This document shows, piece by piece, positions 1-8,302 of a stretch of DNA of 64,000 bases; within the stretch, counting starts at the first letter, position 1; each line of letters begins with the position of its first letter. Below the pieces are notes generated by a model that saw only the letters and a program-made list of their open reading frames with translations, did not search any database and had not been told where the DNA came from. The position numbers and the translations under genes are program-made. Where the stretch lies: contig OZ245006.1 in the NCBI GenBank assembly GCA_965223545.1, positions 301,954 to 365,953 of the forward strand, in the 5' to 3' direction. The DNA is from Planctomycetota bacterium. GTDB lineage: Bacteria > Planctomycetota > UBA1135 > UBA2386.

Positions 1-497
1 ACGCCACCATCAGCAAGGAGATCGGTGACCTGCAGGCTGTGCTGGACGCCGTCGGCACCCGGCGCGTCTTCTACGCCGGCCACAGCATGGGCGCCGCCGT
101 CGGTGTGTTGTGCGCCGCGCGCGATCCGCGGCTGGCGGGCTTGATCTCGCTCGCCGGCATGGTGCACGTCGCCGAGTTCATGCGCCGGCTGTTCGGCCAC
201 CTGACGCCGGACCGCGACGTGATGCTCGACAAGCCGCACTGCCCGCTGACCAGCGCGTTCTTGGCCGACGCCGAGGCGATCGGCGACGTGCTGGCGGCGG
301 CCGCCGAGATCGCCCAGCCATGGCTCTTGGTGCACGGCACCGCCGACGAGCTGGTGCCGCTGCGCGACGCCGAGGACGCGCGCGCCACTTGCCCAAGGGC
401 CGAGCTGTGGACCATCGCCGGCGCCGACCACCGGTTCACCGGTGTCGAGGACGCGGTCGGCGCGCGGGTCGCCGCCTGGGTCGCCCGCCACGCCTGA
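1..497 (+). CDS. alpha/beta-hydrolase fold protein, 5'-truncated at the window edge; possibly type II thioesterase-like
   Basis: In-frame ORF running off the window start. It has a GHSMG nucleophile-elbow motif and a downstream Asp/His region (LLVHGTADELVP ... DHRF). It lies immediately upstream of the NRPS. Confidence 0.6.
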   Translation, partial: ATISKEIGDLQAVLDAVGTRRVFYAGHSMGAAVGVLCAARDPRLAGLISLAGMVHVAEFMRRLFGHLTPDRDVMLDKPHCPLTSAFLADAEAIGDVLAAAAEIAQPWLLVHGTADELVPLRDAEDARATCPRAELWTIAGADHRFTGVEDAVGARVAAWVARHA

Positions 498-499
498 CG

Positions 500-560
500 A
501 CTGTCGAGAAATCCGACGCCGCAGCAGCGGGGTTTTTGAGCGACCTGCGCCCGCGCGAAT
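500..560 (+). terminator. Weak stem-loop followed by a T-run (gccgcagcagcggggttttt) downstream of the hydrolase gene
   Basis: Short GC stem followed by TTTTT, seen directly. The stem is only 4-5 bp. Confidence 0.25.
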
Positions 561-625
561 GCCGACATCAAAGGACACCGGCACTCCTGCGGGGGCGCCG
601 GCGCTCGACCCTGGTGCCGCGTAGG

Positions 626-3600
626 ATGGCCGACCCCCAGCTGCAACCCGACGTGCAAGACGCGTACGGCCTGTCCCACTTGCAGGCCGGCATGCTGTTC
701 CACGCCCAGTCGGCGGACCGGCCCGGGTTCGACGTGGAGCAGATCGTGCTCGAGCTGCGCGGTCCCCTGGACCGGGCGCGAATGCGGCGCGCCTGGCAGA
801 CCGTGGTGGCGCGGCACGCGGTGCTGCGCACCAGGATCCGGTTCCACGAGCTGCGCGAACCACGCCAGGAAGTCGTGGCCGCGGTCGACGTGCCCTGGAC
901 CGAGCACGACGGGCGGGGCGGCGCGTTCCCGCTGGACGAGCTCTTGCACGCCGACCGCACGCGGGGCTTCGACCTCGAGTCCGCGCCGCTGATGCGCTGC
1001 ACGCTGGTGCACCGCGGCGCCGATCGCGCCGAGCTGATCTGGACGCTACACCACATCATTCTCGACGGGCGCTCGTTCCCGCTGGTGCTGCGCGAGGTGT
1101 TCACGGTGTACGCCGCCGAGGACGGTCCGGCGCCGCAGCCCGACCTTCCGCCGTACCACACCTACATCGATTGGCTGGGCTCCGTCGACCACGAACAGAG
1201 CCGTGCGTTCTGGACCGAACGGCTGCGCGGCTTCAGCCAGCCGACCGCACTGCCCCTGACCTCCTTCCACCGCAGTCCACAACCCTCGACGATCGAGCTG
1301 ACGGCCACCTTGACCGCGGCCGAGACCAACCAGCTCGAGGCCGCCCTGGAGCCGGCCGATGCCTCGCTGAACACCGCACTGCAGGCGGCGTGGTCGGTCC
1401 TGCTGGCCCGTTACGCCGGCGACGAAGACGTCGTGTTCGGCGCCACCCGCGCCTGCCGCTACTTCGACAGCAATCCGCAGGCCAAGGCCATGGTCGGCCT
1501 GTTCATCAACACGCTGCCGCTCCGCGCCCAGCTGCGCGGCGCCACCGTCGAGGACTTGCTGCGGCAACTGCGCACCGACTGGATCGCGCAGCGGCCGGTC
1601 GAGCACACTCCGCTGGTCGACGTGCACCGCTTCAGCGAGCTGCCGGCGGGGACGCCGCTGTTCGAGACCCTGGTGGTCTATGACAGCGAGCCCCTGGCGG
1701 CTCGAATCTGCGGCACCGCCGGCGAGCTCGAGATCGTCGATGCCACGCTGCACGAGCAACCGACCTTCCCCCTGGTGTTGCTGGGCTACGGCGGCGAGCG
1801 CTTGCGGCTCAAGCTGTTGTTCGACGATGGCCGCTTCGAGCGCGGCATCGCCGAGCGGATGTTGGCGCAGGTCGCGGGCCTGCTGCGTTGGATGGCCAGT
1901 GGACTCGAGCAGCCGGTTGCCGAGGCACCGGTGCTGTCGCCGGCCGAGCACACCGAGATCGTCCGCACCTGGAACGACACCGGCGGGGCCCCACCCCGCG
2001 ACCGCTGTCTGCACGAAGACTTCGCCGAGCAGGCACGGCAGCGCCCGCTCGACACCGCCCTGCGCTGCGCCGAGGAGACCTGGAGCTACGCGCGGCTGGA
2101 GGCGACGGCCAATCGGCTCGCCCACCGGCTGCTGCGGGCCGGCGCCGGCGCAGGCGTCCGCGTCGGCATTTGTCTGGAGCGCGCGCCCGCGCTGGTCGCA
2201 GGCCTGCTGGCGATCGCCAAGACCGGGGCCACCTACGTGCCCTTGGACGCCGAGCTGCCCCTCGACCGCCGCCAGTTCATCGCCGAGGACGCGGACCTGG
2301 GTCTGCTGCTGACGCAGCAGGAGCTCGGCGGCGACCTGCAGCCCGGCTGCCCGGTGCTGTTGTTGCACGAGCTCGGCGCGGTGCTCGAGGACGGCCCCGA
2401 CCCCGGCCCGCCGGTGGCCGATCTCGACCCCGACCGCCCGGCGTACGTGATCTACACCTCGGGTTCGACCGGCCGGCCGAAGGGCGTGGTGGTCCACCAC
2501 CGCAGCGCGCTCAACACCATCGACTGGGTCAACGAGACCTACGCGGTCGGCCCGGGCGACTGCCTGCTGTTCGTGACCTCGGTTTGCTTCGACCTCTCGG
2601 TGTACGACGTGTTCGGCGTGCTCGGCGCCGGCGCCTGTCTGCGCATCGCGCGCGCCGGAGAGCTGGCCGACCCCGCGGCGCTGGCAGCGCGGCTGACGAG
2701 CGGCGAGATCACGTTCTGGGACTCGGCGCCGGCGTTCCTGCAGCAGGTCGCGCCGTTTCTGCAACAGCAGTCAGCGCCGCCATCCACCGGCGGCCTGCGC
2801 CTGGTGTTCCTCAGCGGCGACTGGATCCCGGTCACCCTGCCCGAGCGAGTGACGGCGCGTTTCCCCGGCTGCCAGATCATCAGCCTGGGCGGTGCCACCG
2901 AGGCGTCGATCTGGTCCAACTTCTACGCCGTCCAGAATGTCGGCGACCGGTGGCCGAGCATTCCCTACGGCACGCCGATCCGCAACTGCCGCTACCACGT
3001 GCTCGACAGCGCGCTGCGGCCGATGCCAGCGGGGGCCACAGGCGAGCTGTTCATCGGCGGCGACTGCGTGGTCGCCGGCTACCACCGCCGCGACGAGCTC
3101 ACCGCCGAACGCTTCATCCCGGACCCGTTCCACCCAGGCCAGCGGCTGTACCGCACCGGCGATCTCGCGCGCTACGACAGCTTTGGCACCCTGGAGTTCT
3201 TGGGCCGCGCCGACAACCAGGTCAAGGTGCGCGGCTACCGCGTCGAGCTCGGCGAGATCGAGGCCGCGCTCGGCCGCTGCCGCGGCGTCGCCGAAGCCAT
3301 CGTGGTCGCGCCGCGCGACGCCGACGGGACGCGCTCGATCGTCGGCTTCGTCGAGCCCAGCGACCGCGGCGCCGTCGACGCCGATCTGCTGCGCGTGGAG
3401 ATCGAGCGCTGGCTTCCGTCCTACATGGTGCCGGGACGCATCGAGATCCTCGAGCGCTGGCCGCTGTCGCCCAACGGCAAGGTGGACCGCGCGGCCCTCG
3501 AGCGCCGCCCCGGGCACACGGCAAGGGCCCCTTCCGCGCCGGCGGAGACCGACCTCGAGCGGCAGCTGGTGGCGATCTGGTGCGACCTCTTGAACCTCGA

Positions 3601-4675
3601 CGCGATCGGCCGAGACGACAACTTCTTCGATCTCGGCGGACACTCGCTGCGCGCGGCCCAGCTGGTCGCCGAGATCGAGCGACGCCTCGGCGCCCGACTG
3701 CCACTGGAGTCCGTCCTGCAGGCGCCGACCGTCCGCCAGCTCGGCGCCACGCTCGAGCAGGGGCTCGGCACGGGTTCCGGCAGCTCCTTCGTCCACTTCA
3801 ACGCGGGCGGACACCGCGACCCCGTGTTCTTGATCGCCGGAATCGGCGGTCAGGTGTTCATGTTCCGCGAGATGGCGCAGATCCTCGGCGTGGACCAACC
3901 GCTGTACGCCGGCAAGGCGATCGGCATCGACGGCCGCCGCCGCACGCCCGACCGCGTCGAGGACATCGCCGCGCAATACCTCACCGAGCTGCTCGAGCTG
4001 CAGCCCACCGGGCGCTATCGCCTCGGCGGCTACTCGTTCGGCGGGCTGATCGCGTTCGAGGTCGCCGCCCGGCTGCGCGCCAGCGGCCGCGAAGTGACCT
4101 GGCTCGGACTGTTCGACACCCTGGCCCCCGGCTACCCGAGGCGCAAGCCGCTGCCGCAGCGCCTGCGCGAGCATCTCCGCAACCTGCTCGCCGCCGACAA
4201 CGACGAGGCCGGCAACTACCTGCGGGAGCGATTGCACAACATCGGTCGCCGGATTCGCCGCCGCATTGGGATGCGCACCGACATCACCACTCTGCCGGGC
4301 ATGGACGCCCGCACGCAGGATCGCTTCGCCGCGGTCGAAGCGGCGCTCAACCGCGCCAAATGGCGCTATCGCCCCAGCCACAAGCTCGACGTGCCGATCA
4401 CCGTGTTCTGCGCCGAAGAGGGCTTCGATTGGCCGGCGACGACGTTCGACGACCCCGGCCTTGGCTGGAGCCGCTACACCACGGCGGCCGTGCACCACCA
4501 CGCGGTGCCGGGCAGCCACCTCGAGCTGTTCCAAGCGCCCAACGTCGGTCCGCTCTCACAGCGAGTCCGCGAGCAGCTGGCGCCGAGCGACACGGGCACG
4601 CGCGACGAGCATTCCGGCACCCGGGCGCAACAGGTGGCCGCCAACGCCGCCGGTCACTCCTCTTCGATGCGGTAG
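626..4675 (+). CDS. Non-ribosomal peptide synthetase, single module C-A-PCP-TE (about 1350 aa)
   Basis: ATG at 626 is in-frame with the 110..4675 ORF. Condensation motif HHIILDGRSF. Adenylation cores YTSGSTGRPKG, YRTGDL and PNGKVDR. Carrier-protein motif FFDLGGHSLRA. Thioesterase GYSFGG. Stop TAG at 4673-4675. Confidence 0.9.
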   Translation: MADPQLQPDVQDAYGLSHLQAGMLFHAQSADRPGFDVEQIVLELRGPLDRARMRRAWQTVVARHAVLRTRIRFHELREPRQEVVAAVDVPWTEHDGRGGAFPLDELLHADRTRGFDLESAPLMRCTLVHRGADRAELIWTLHHIILDGRSFPLVLREVFTVYAAEDGPAPQPDLPPYHTYIDWLGSVDHEQSRAFWTERLRGFSQPTALPLTSFHRSPQPSTIELTATLTAAETNQLEAALEPADASLNTALQAAWSVLLARYAGDEDVVFGATRACRYFDSNPQAKAMVGLFINTLPLRAQLRGATVEDLLRQLRTDWIAQRPVEHTPLVDVHRFSELPAGTPLFETLVVYDSEPLAARICGTAGELEIVDATLHEQPTFPLVLLGYGGERLRLKLLFDDGRFERGIAERMLAQVAGLLRWMASGLEQPVAEAPVLSPAEHTEIVRTWNDTGGAPPRDRCLHEDFAEQARQRPLDTALRCAEETWSYARLEATANRLAHRLLRAGAGAGVRVGICLERAPALVAGLLAIAKTGATYVPLDAELPLDRRQFIAEDADLGLLLTQQELGGDLQPGCPVLLLHELGAVLEDGPDPGPPVADLDPDRPAYVIYTSGSTGRPKGVVVHHRSALNTIDWVNETYAVGPGDCLLFVTSVCFDLSVYDVFGVLGAGACLRIARAGELADPAALAARLTSGEITFWDSAPAFLQQVAPFLQQQSAPPSTGGLRLVFLSGDWIPVTLPERVTARFPGCQIISLGGATEASIWSNFYAVQNVGDRWPSIPYGTPIRNCRYHVLDSALRPMPAGATGELFIGGDCVVAGYHRRDELTAERFIPDPFHPGQRLYRTGDLARYDSFGTLEFLGRADNQVKVRGYRVELGEIEAALGRCRGVAEAIVVAPRDADGTRSIVGFVEPSDRGAVDADLLRVEIERWLPSYMVPGRIEILERWPLSPNGKVDRAALERRPGHTARAPSAPAETDLERQLVAIWCDLLNLDAIGRDDNFFDLGGHSLRAAQLVAEIERRLGARLPLESVLQAPTVRQLGATLEQGLGTGSGSSFVHFNAGGHRDPVFLIAGIGGQVFMFREMAQILGVDQPLYAGKAIGIDGRRRTPDRVEDIAAQYLTELLELQPTGRYRLGGYSFGGLIAFEVAARLRASGREVTWLGLFDTLAPGYPRRKPLPQRLREHLRNLLAADNDEAGNYLRERLHNIGRRIRRRIGMRTDITTLPGMDARTQDRFAAVEAALNRAKWRYRPSHKLDVPITVFCAEEGFDWPATTFDDPGLGWSRYTTAAVHHHAVPGSHLELFQAPNVGPLSQRVREQLAPSDTGTRDEHSGTRAQQVAANAAGHSSSMR

Positions 4676-4678
4676 AGG
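4648..4678. repeat. 31-bp exact direct repeat, copy 1 (cgccggtcactcctcttcgatgcggtagagg); it contains the NRPS stop codon
   Basis: Identical 31-mer at 6053-6083, seen directly. Confidence 0.85.
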
Positions 4679-4718
4679 CCGGCGAGAAGACGTACTGCCA
4701 GCCCGAACCCACCGCCAT

Positions 4719-4751
4719 GAGCCCGGAGGCACTGTCTCTCCGAGCCTCCGG
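4719..4751. repeat. Palindromic hairpin element (tgagcccggaggc-13 nt loop-gcctccgg); a second copy lies at 47447-47482
   Basis: The same 13-mer and 8-mer arm with similar loops occur at both loci. This one lies just downstream of the ATPase gene on the minus strand. Confidence 0.6.
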
Positions 4752-4829
4752 CGCGGCGGCGACGTTGTCATGTCAGCGGCGTCGCCTCGAGAATGTTGTC
4801 GAAGCTCGAAGATTCGAGGCGCCGGAGGC

Positions 4830-5993
4830 TCACTGGCCCCGCGGCAGATCGAGAGTCATCCTCGATGCTGCCATCGCACGGATCCGCTCGTCCATCGGAT
4901 AGCTGTCTGTCCCGGCGTGCACCACGACCAACTCGTCGAGTGCGAGATCATCGAGCGCAACCCGCATCGAGCGTGTGATCCTCGGAGCTACGGTCCGCTT
5001 GATCTCGAAGCCGAGCTTCCTCCCCCCGTGTAGGGCCAGGAGATCCAACTCCGCGCCTGCGTGGGTCGCCCAGAAATGCACATCCCGCTCATCCAAAGCC
5101 AGGAGGTCGCAAATCTGCTGCAGGATGAACCCCTCCCACGAAGCTCCCACTTTCGGATGACTCTCCAGCGCGTCGATGCCCTCGATTCCGAGTAGGGAAT
5201 GGAGCAGGCCCGTGTCACGCAAGTAGATCTTGGGTGACTTGACTTGGCGCTTCTTGACGTTGTCAAACCAAGGCTGCAGCTGCCGCACTACGAGCAACGA
5301 AGACAGCACGTCCAGATACCACTTCGCCTGCTTGTTGCTCACATCCATCGAGCGCGCGATCTCGGACGCATTCCAGGTCTGACCGTGGTAGTGCGCCAGC
5401 ATCATCCAGAACCGACGCAGAGTTGGCGCCGGGGCCCTGATGCCGAACTGAGGGACGTCACGCTCCAAGAAAGTCGTGATGAAGTCTCGCCGCCACGCCA
5501 CGCTGGCCGCCGCGCCACGAGCTAGGAAAGAGCGCGGGAAACCGCCGCGCACCCAGAGCTTGTCCAGATCCCTACCCGCGACCTCGTCGACACCGAATCC
5601 GGGCAGCCAGTAGTACGCGACCCTACCGGCAAGCGACTCGGAGGATTGTTGCAGCAGGTCCGGAGAGGCACTTCCCAGGATCAGGAACCGGGCCGGCTTG
5701 CGCGGTCGATCGGCAAGGACTCGGAGGACTGAAAACACCTCGGGCAGACGTTGCACCTCGTCGAGAACCACCAGACCCCGCAACCGGCGCAACCCCAACA
5801 TCGGGTCGGCGAGGCGGGCAAGGTCCGCCGGGTTCTCGAGGTCGAAGTGGGTCACCTGCCCCCGCCGGCGCTCCGCGACCGCTCTGGCGATCGTCGTCTT
5901 GCCAACCTGCCTCGCCCCGAGCACGGCCACTACCGGATTGTCTCGCAACCGCCATTCAATGGCGCGCAAGTGCCTGCTCCGGACAATCATCAA
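4830..5993 (-). CDS. AAA+ ATPase with C-terminal DUF4143-like domain (AAA_14 family)
   Basis: Walker A motif GARQVGKTT. It has the typical ATPase plus DUF4143 layout at about 387 aa. Its composition is lower-GC than the rest of the window. Confidence 0.75.
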   Translation of the reverse strand: MMIVRSRHLRAIEWRLRDNPVVAVLGARQVGKTTIARAVAERRRGQVTHFDLENPADLARLADPMLGLRRLRGLVVLDEVQRLPEVFSVLRVLADRPRKPARFLILGSASPDLLQQSSESLAGRVAYYWLPGFGVDEVAGRDLDKLWVRGGFPRSFLARGAAASVAWRRDFITTFLERDVPQFGIRAPAPTLRRFWMMLAHYHGQTWNASEIARSMDVSNKQAKWYLDVLSSLLVVRQLQPWFDNVKKRQVKSPKIYLRDTGLLHSLLGIEGIDALESHPKVGASWEGFILQQICDLLALDERDVHFWATHAGAELDLLALHGGRKLGFEIKRTVAPRITRSMRVALDDLALDELVVVHAGTDSYPMDERIRAMAASRMTLDLPRGQ

Positions 5994-6052
5994 CCTTGAA
6001 AATTAGCCCTGTATCGACCAATTTTCCAGGTTCGCCCTTCGGGGGCTGCAGG

Positions 6053-6083
6053 CGCCGGTCACTCCTCTTCGATGCGGTAGAGG
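6053..6083. repeat. 31-bp exact direct repeat, copy 2; it contains the stop codon of the minus-strand PQQ-propeller gene
   Basis: Identical to 4648-4678. Confidence 0.85.
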
Positions 6084-7411
6084 TGGGTCTTGGTGCGCAC
6101 CAAGAGCGCGCTGTCGTGCACTGCCGGAGACGCCATGCAGCCGGCGTCGAGCGTGTTGCGCGCGAGTTCGACGTACTCGTCCGCCGGCTCGATCACCACC
6201 GCGCCACCGTCTCGATCGAAGTAGTAGACCCGGCCCGGGGCCGCCAGTAGCGACGCGCAGTGCGGCGCCCCGAGGCGCTGGTACCACAGCCGTTCTCCCG
6301 TCTCGGCGTCGACGCAGCTGGCGATGCCCGAGTCGCTGACCTGGAAGATCCGCCCGTCGACGAACACCGGCGAAGGCATCGTGGGAACGCTGCGCCGCGC
6401 GCGCCAAACGACGTTGGCCTCGGTCACGTCACCCTGTCCCTCCGGGCGGACGGCCCAGAGCTCCGGCCGCATGAAGCCGGTGTTGAGGAACAGCAGCCCA
6501 TCGCCGGTGATCGGCCGCGACGACATCGAGAAACCGGGATGCTGCACCTTCCACAGCTCCTCGCCCGTTTCCGGATCGTATGCCACCGTCGCGCGCGCGC
6601 CGCTACTGATCACCCGCAGCTCATCGCCGACCGTGATCCCCAGCGGAGTGCTGTAGGCCTTGCGCAAGTCGGGTGGCAGCGAGCCGAAGTCCACCGACCG
6701 ATCGCGCCGCCACAGGGTCTCGCCGGTGGCCGGATCCAGCGCAACCACGTACTGGACGTCACCGCCGTCCATGTGCAGCACGAGCCGACCGGCGATCAGC
6801 GCGGGCGAGGACCCGGGTCCTTCCATGTGATCGCAGTGCAAATCGCGGCGCTGCCACACGACTTCGCCGCTGTCGCCATCCAGGCACGCGGTGCCGTAGG
6901 TGCCGAAGTGCAGGAACACGCGGGCGCCATCCGTCACCGGTGACGGCGACGCGTAGCTGTTCAGCGCGTTCTTCGGCTCCGGGTCGTCGATCGTGAACAC
7001 CTGTCGCTCGACCGCCAGCGCGCCATCCTGCAGATCCACGGCCAACGCCCACAACGCCCGGCCGCCGTCGGTGGCGGTGGTCATCCACGCCCGGTCCCCG
7101 GCGATCACCGGCGACGACCAACCCTCGCCGGGCAGCGGAGTCTTCCAGCGCACGTTGCGCTCTTCACTCCAATGCAGCGGCAGCGTGGCGCCGGTGTGCC
7201 CCTGGCGCGAGGGACCGCGGAAATCCTCCCAAAGGGGCTCCTGCGCCACGGCTGTTGCGGCCAAGAGCAACGGCCACGGGCCGATCCGAGCGGGCGCGAT
7301 CACCGCGGCATCGTAGACCGGCAGCCGGTGCACTGCCAGGTCGCGAGGGCGCGCCCTTTGCAAACACGGCGATCGGCACCGCCGAACACCTCCGTCTACG
7401 ATCGATCCCAT
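6059..7411 (-). CDS. Secreted PQQ-like beta-propeller repeat protein (BamB-like fold)
   Basis: Signal-peptide-like N-terminus (LLLAATAVAQEP). Repeated patterns such as 'ALDPATGETLW' and 'AYDPETGEELW' are characteristic of PQQ enzyme repeats. The start is ATG at 7411, though a downstream GTG is also possible. Confidence 0.7.
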   Translation of the reverse strand: MGSIVDGGVRRCRSPCLQRARPRDLAVHRLPVYDAAVIAPARIGPWPLLLAATAVAQEPLWEDFRGPSRQGHTGATLPLHWSEERNVRWKTPLPGEGWSSPVIAGDRAWMTTATDGGRALWALAVDLQDGALAVERQVFTIDDPEPKNALNSYASPSPVTDGARVFLHFGTYGTACLDGDSGEVVWQRRDLHCDHMEGPGSSPALIAGRLVLHMDGGDVQYVVALDPATGETLWRRDRSVDFGSLPPDLRKAYSTPLGITVGDELRVISSGARATVAYDPETGEELWKVQHPGFSMSSRPITGDGLLFLNTGFMRPELWAVRPEGQGDVTEANVVWRARRSVPTMPSPVFVDGRIFQVSDSGIASCVDAETGERLWYQRLGAPHCASLLAAPGRVYYFDRDGGAVVIEPADEYVELARNTLDAGCMASPAVHDSALLVRTKTHLYRIEEE

Positions 7412-7444
7412 CGGAAGGCACCACCCCCATCCCAAGGAGAACAG

Positions 7445-8266
7445 ATGAAGGCCCTCGCACTCGCCCTCACCGCCACCACCATCAGCGGAGTCGCGCTCAA
7501 CTCGGTCCTGTTGTTGGACGGCGTCAACGACACCGCCGAAATCGCCGACAGCCCGTCCCTGAGCGGTCTGCAACAGATCACCGTGGAGGCGTGGTTCCGT
7601 CCAAGCTCCACCGCCGGCTCGAGCAACGGCATCGAGCTCATCGTCGGCCAGTTCAGCAGCCTGCTGGGACAACTCCCGTACCACATCTCCTACCATCGCA
7701 CGATCCAGCGCGTGCGGGTCGCCATCAACGAGGCTGTCGGCGGGACCTTCTTCGATGGCGTCATCCCGATCGTGGAAGACACCTGGACCCACGCCGCGTT
7801 CACCTACGACGGCGCGGCCGTGCGCCTCTACGTCAACGGTCAGCTCGACACCGATCGGCGCAGCTCCAGCGGCCCGGTGGACGAGTCCACCGTCCCCGTG
7901 CGCATCGGTGCGCAGGCGGGTTCCACGACCAACCACTTCGCCGGCATGATCGACGAAGCACGCATCTGGAACGTCGCCCGCACGCAGGCCGAGATCCAGG
8001 GCGGCATGCGGGGCATCCCCAGGCACCGGGCGCCGGGACTCGTCGGCAACTGGTCGATGAGTAGCAGCGATCTGGCCGGCCAAACGCCCGATCTCAGCGG
8101 CTCCGGCAACCACGCAACCCTGCTCGATACGGCGACGATCATCGTTCCGGACGACCAGCCCAACGTCGTGGGCACGGCCCGCGCGCCGGTGGCACCCGGG
8201 TGGCCCGCGCTGCCGCCGCTCGCCCGACTGCTGCCAACCGGCGCGGGCGACTCCACCTCCAACTGA
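7445..8266 (+). CDS. Secreted LamG-like / concanavalin-A-like jelly-roll domain protein
   Basis: Ribosome-binding site GGAGAA precedes the ATG. Signal peptide MKALALALTATTISGVA. Pattern EAWF...TWTHAAFTYDG...LYVNG...IDEARIWN is typical of Laminin_G_3. Confidence 0.7.
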   Translation: MKALALALTATTISGVALNSVLLLDGVNDTAEIADSPSLSGLQQITVEAWFRPSSTAGSSNGIELIVGQFSSLLGQLPYHISYHRTIQRVRVAINEAVGGTFFDGVIPIVEDTWTHAAFTYDGAAVRLYVNGQLDTDRRSSSGPVDESTVPVRIGAQAGSTTNHFAGMIDEARIWNVARTQAEIQGGMRGIPRHRAPGLVGNWSMSSSDLAGQTPDLSGSGNHATLLDTATIIVPDDQPNVVGTARAPVAPGWPALPPLARLLPTGAGDSTSN

Positions 8267-8280
8267 TGGCGAGCGCCCGT

Positions 8281-8296
8281 GGCGGGACCGCCCGCC
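8281..8296. terminator. GC hairpin (ggcggg-accg-cccgcc) between the convergent LamG and UbiA-like genes
   Basis: Inverted repeat seen directly; there is no U-tract. Confidence 0.25.
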
Positions 8297-8302
8297 GATG
8301 GG

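Larger units (their letters stand above)
4679..6052. mobile_element. About 1.37 kb lower-GC insertion carrying an AAA+ ATPase gene, bounded by the 31-bp direct repeats
   Basis: The segment between the two repeat copies has visibly lower GC (about 58-62% versus about 72% flanking). It holds a single gene plus a hairpin repeat. No transposase or integrase is present. Confidence 0.5.

Noticed and set aside
1046-4534. Long minus-strand ORFs (572 and 587 aa) antisense to the NRPS
   Set aside because: They are Arg/Ala/Gly-rich, low-complexity translations typical of the opposite strand of high-GC coding DNA. They carry no recognisable motifs. The plus-strand frame carries the full set of NRPS core motifs.
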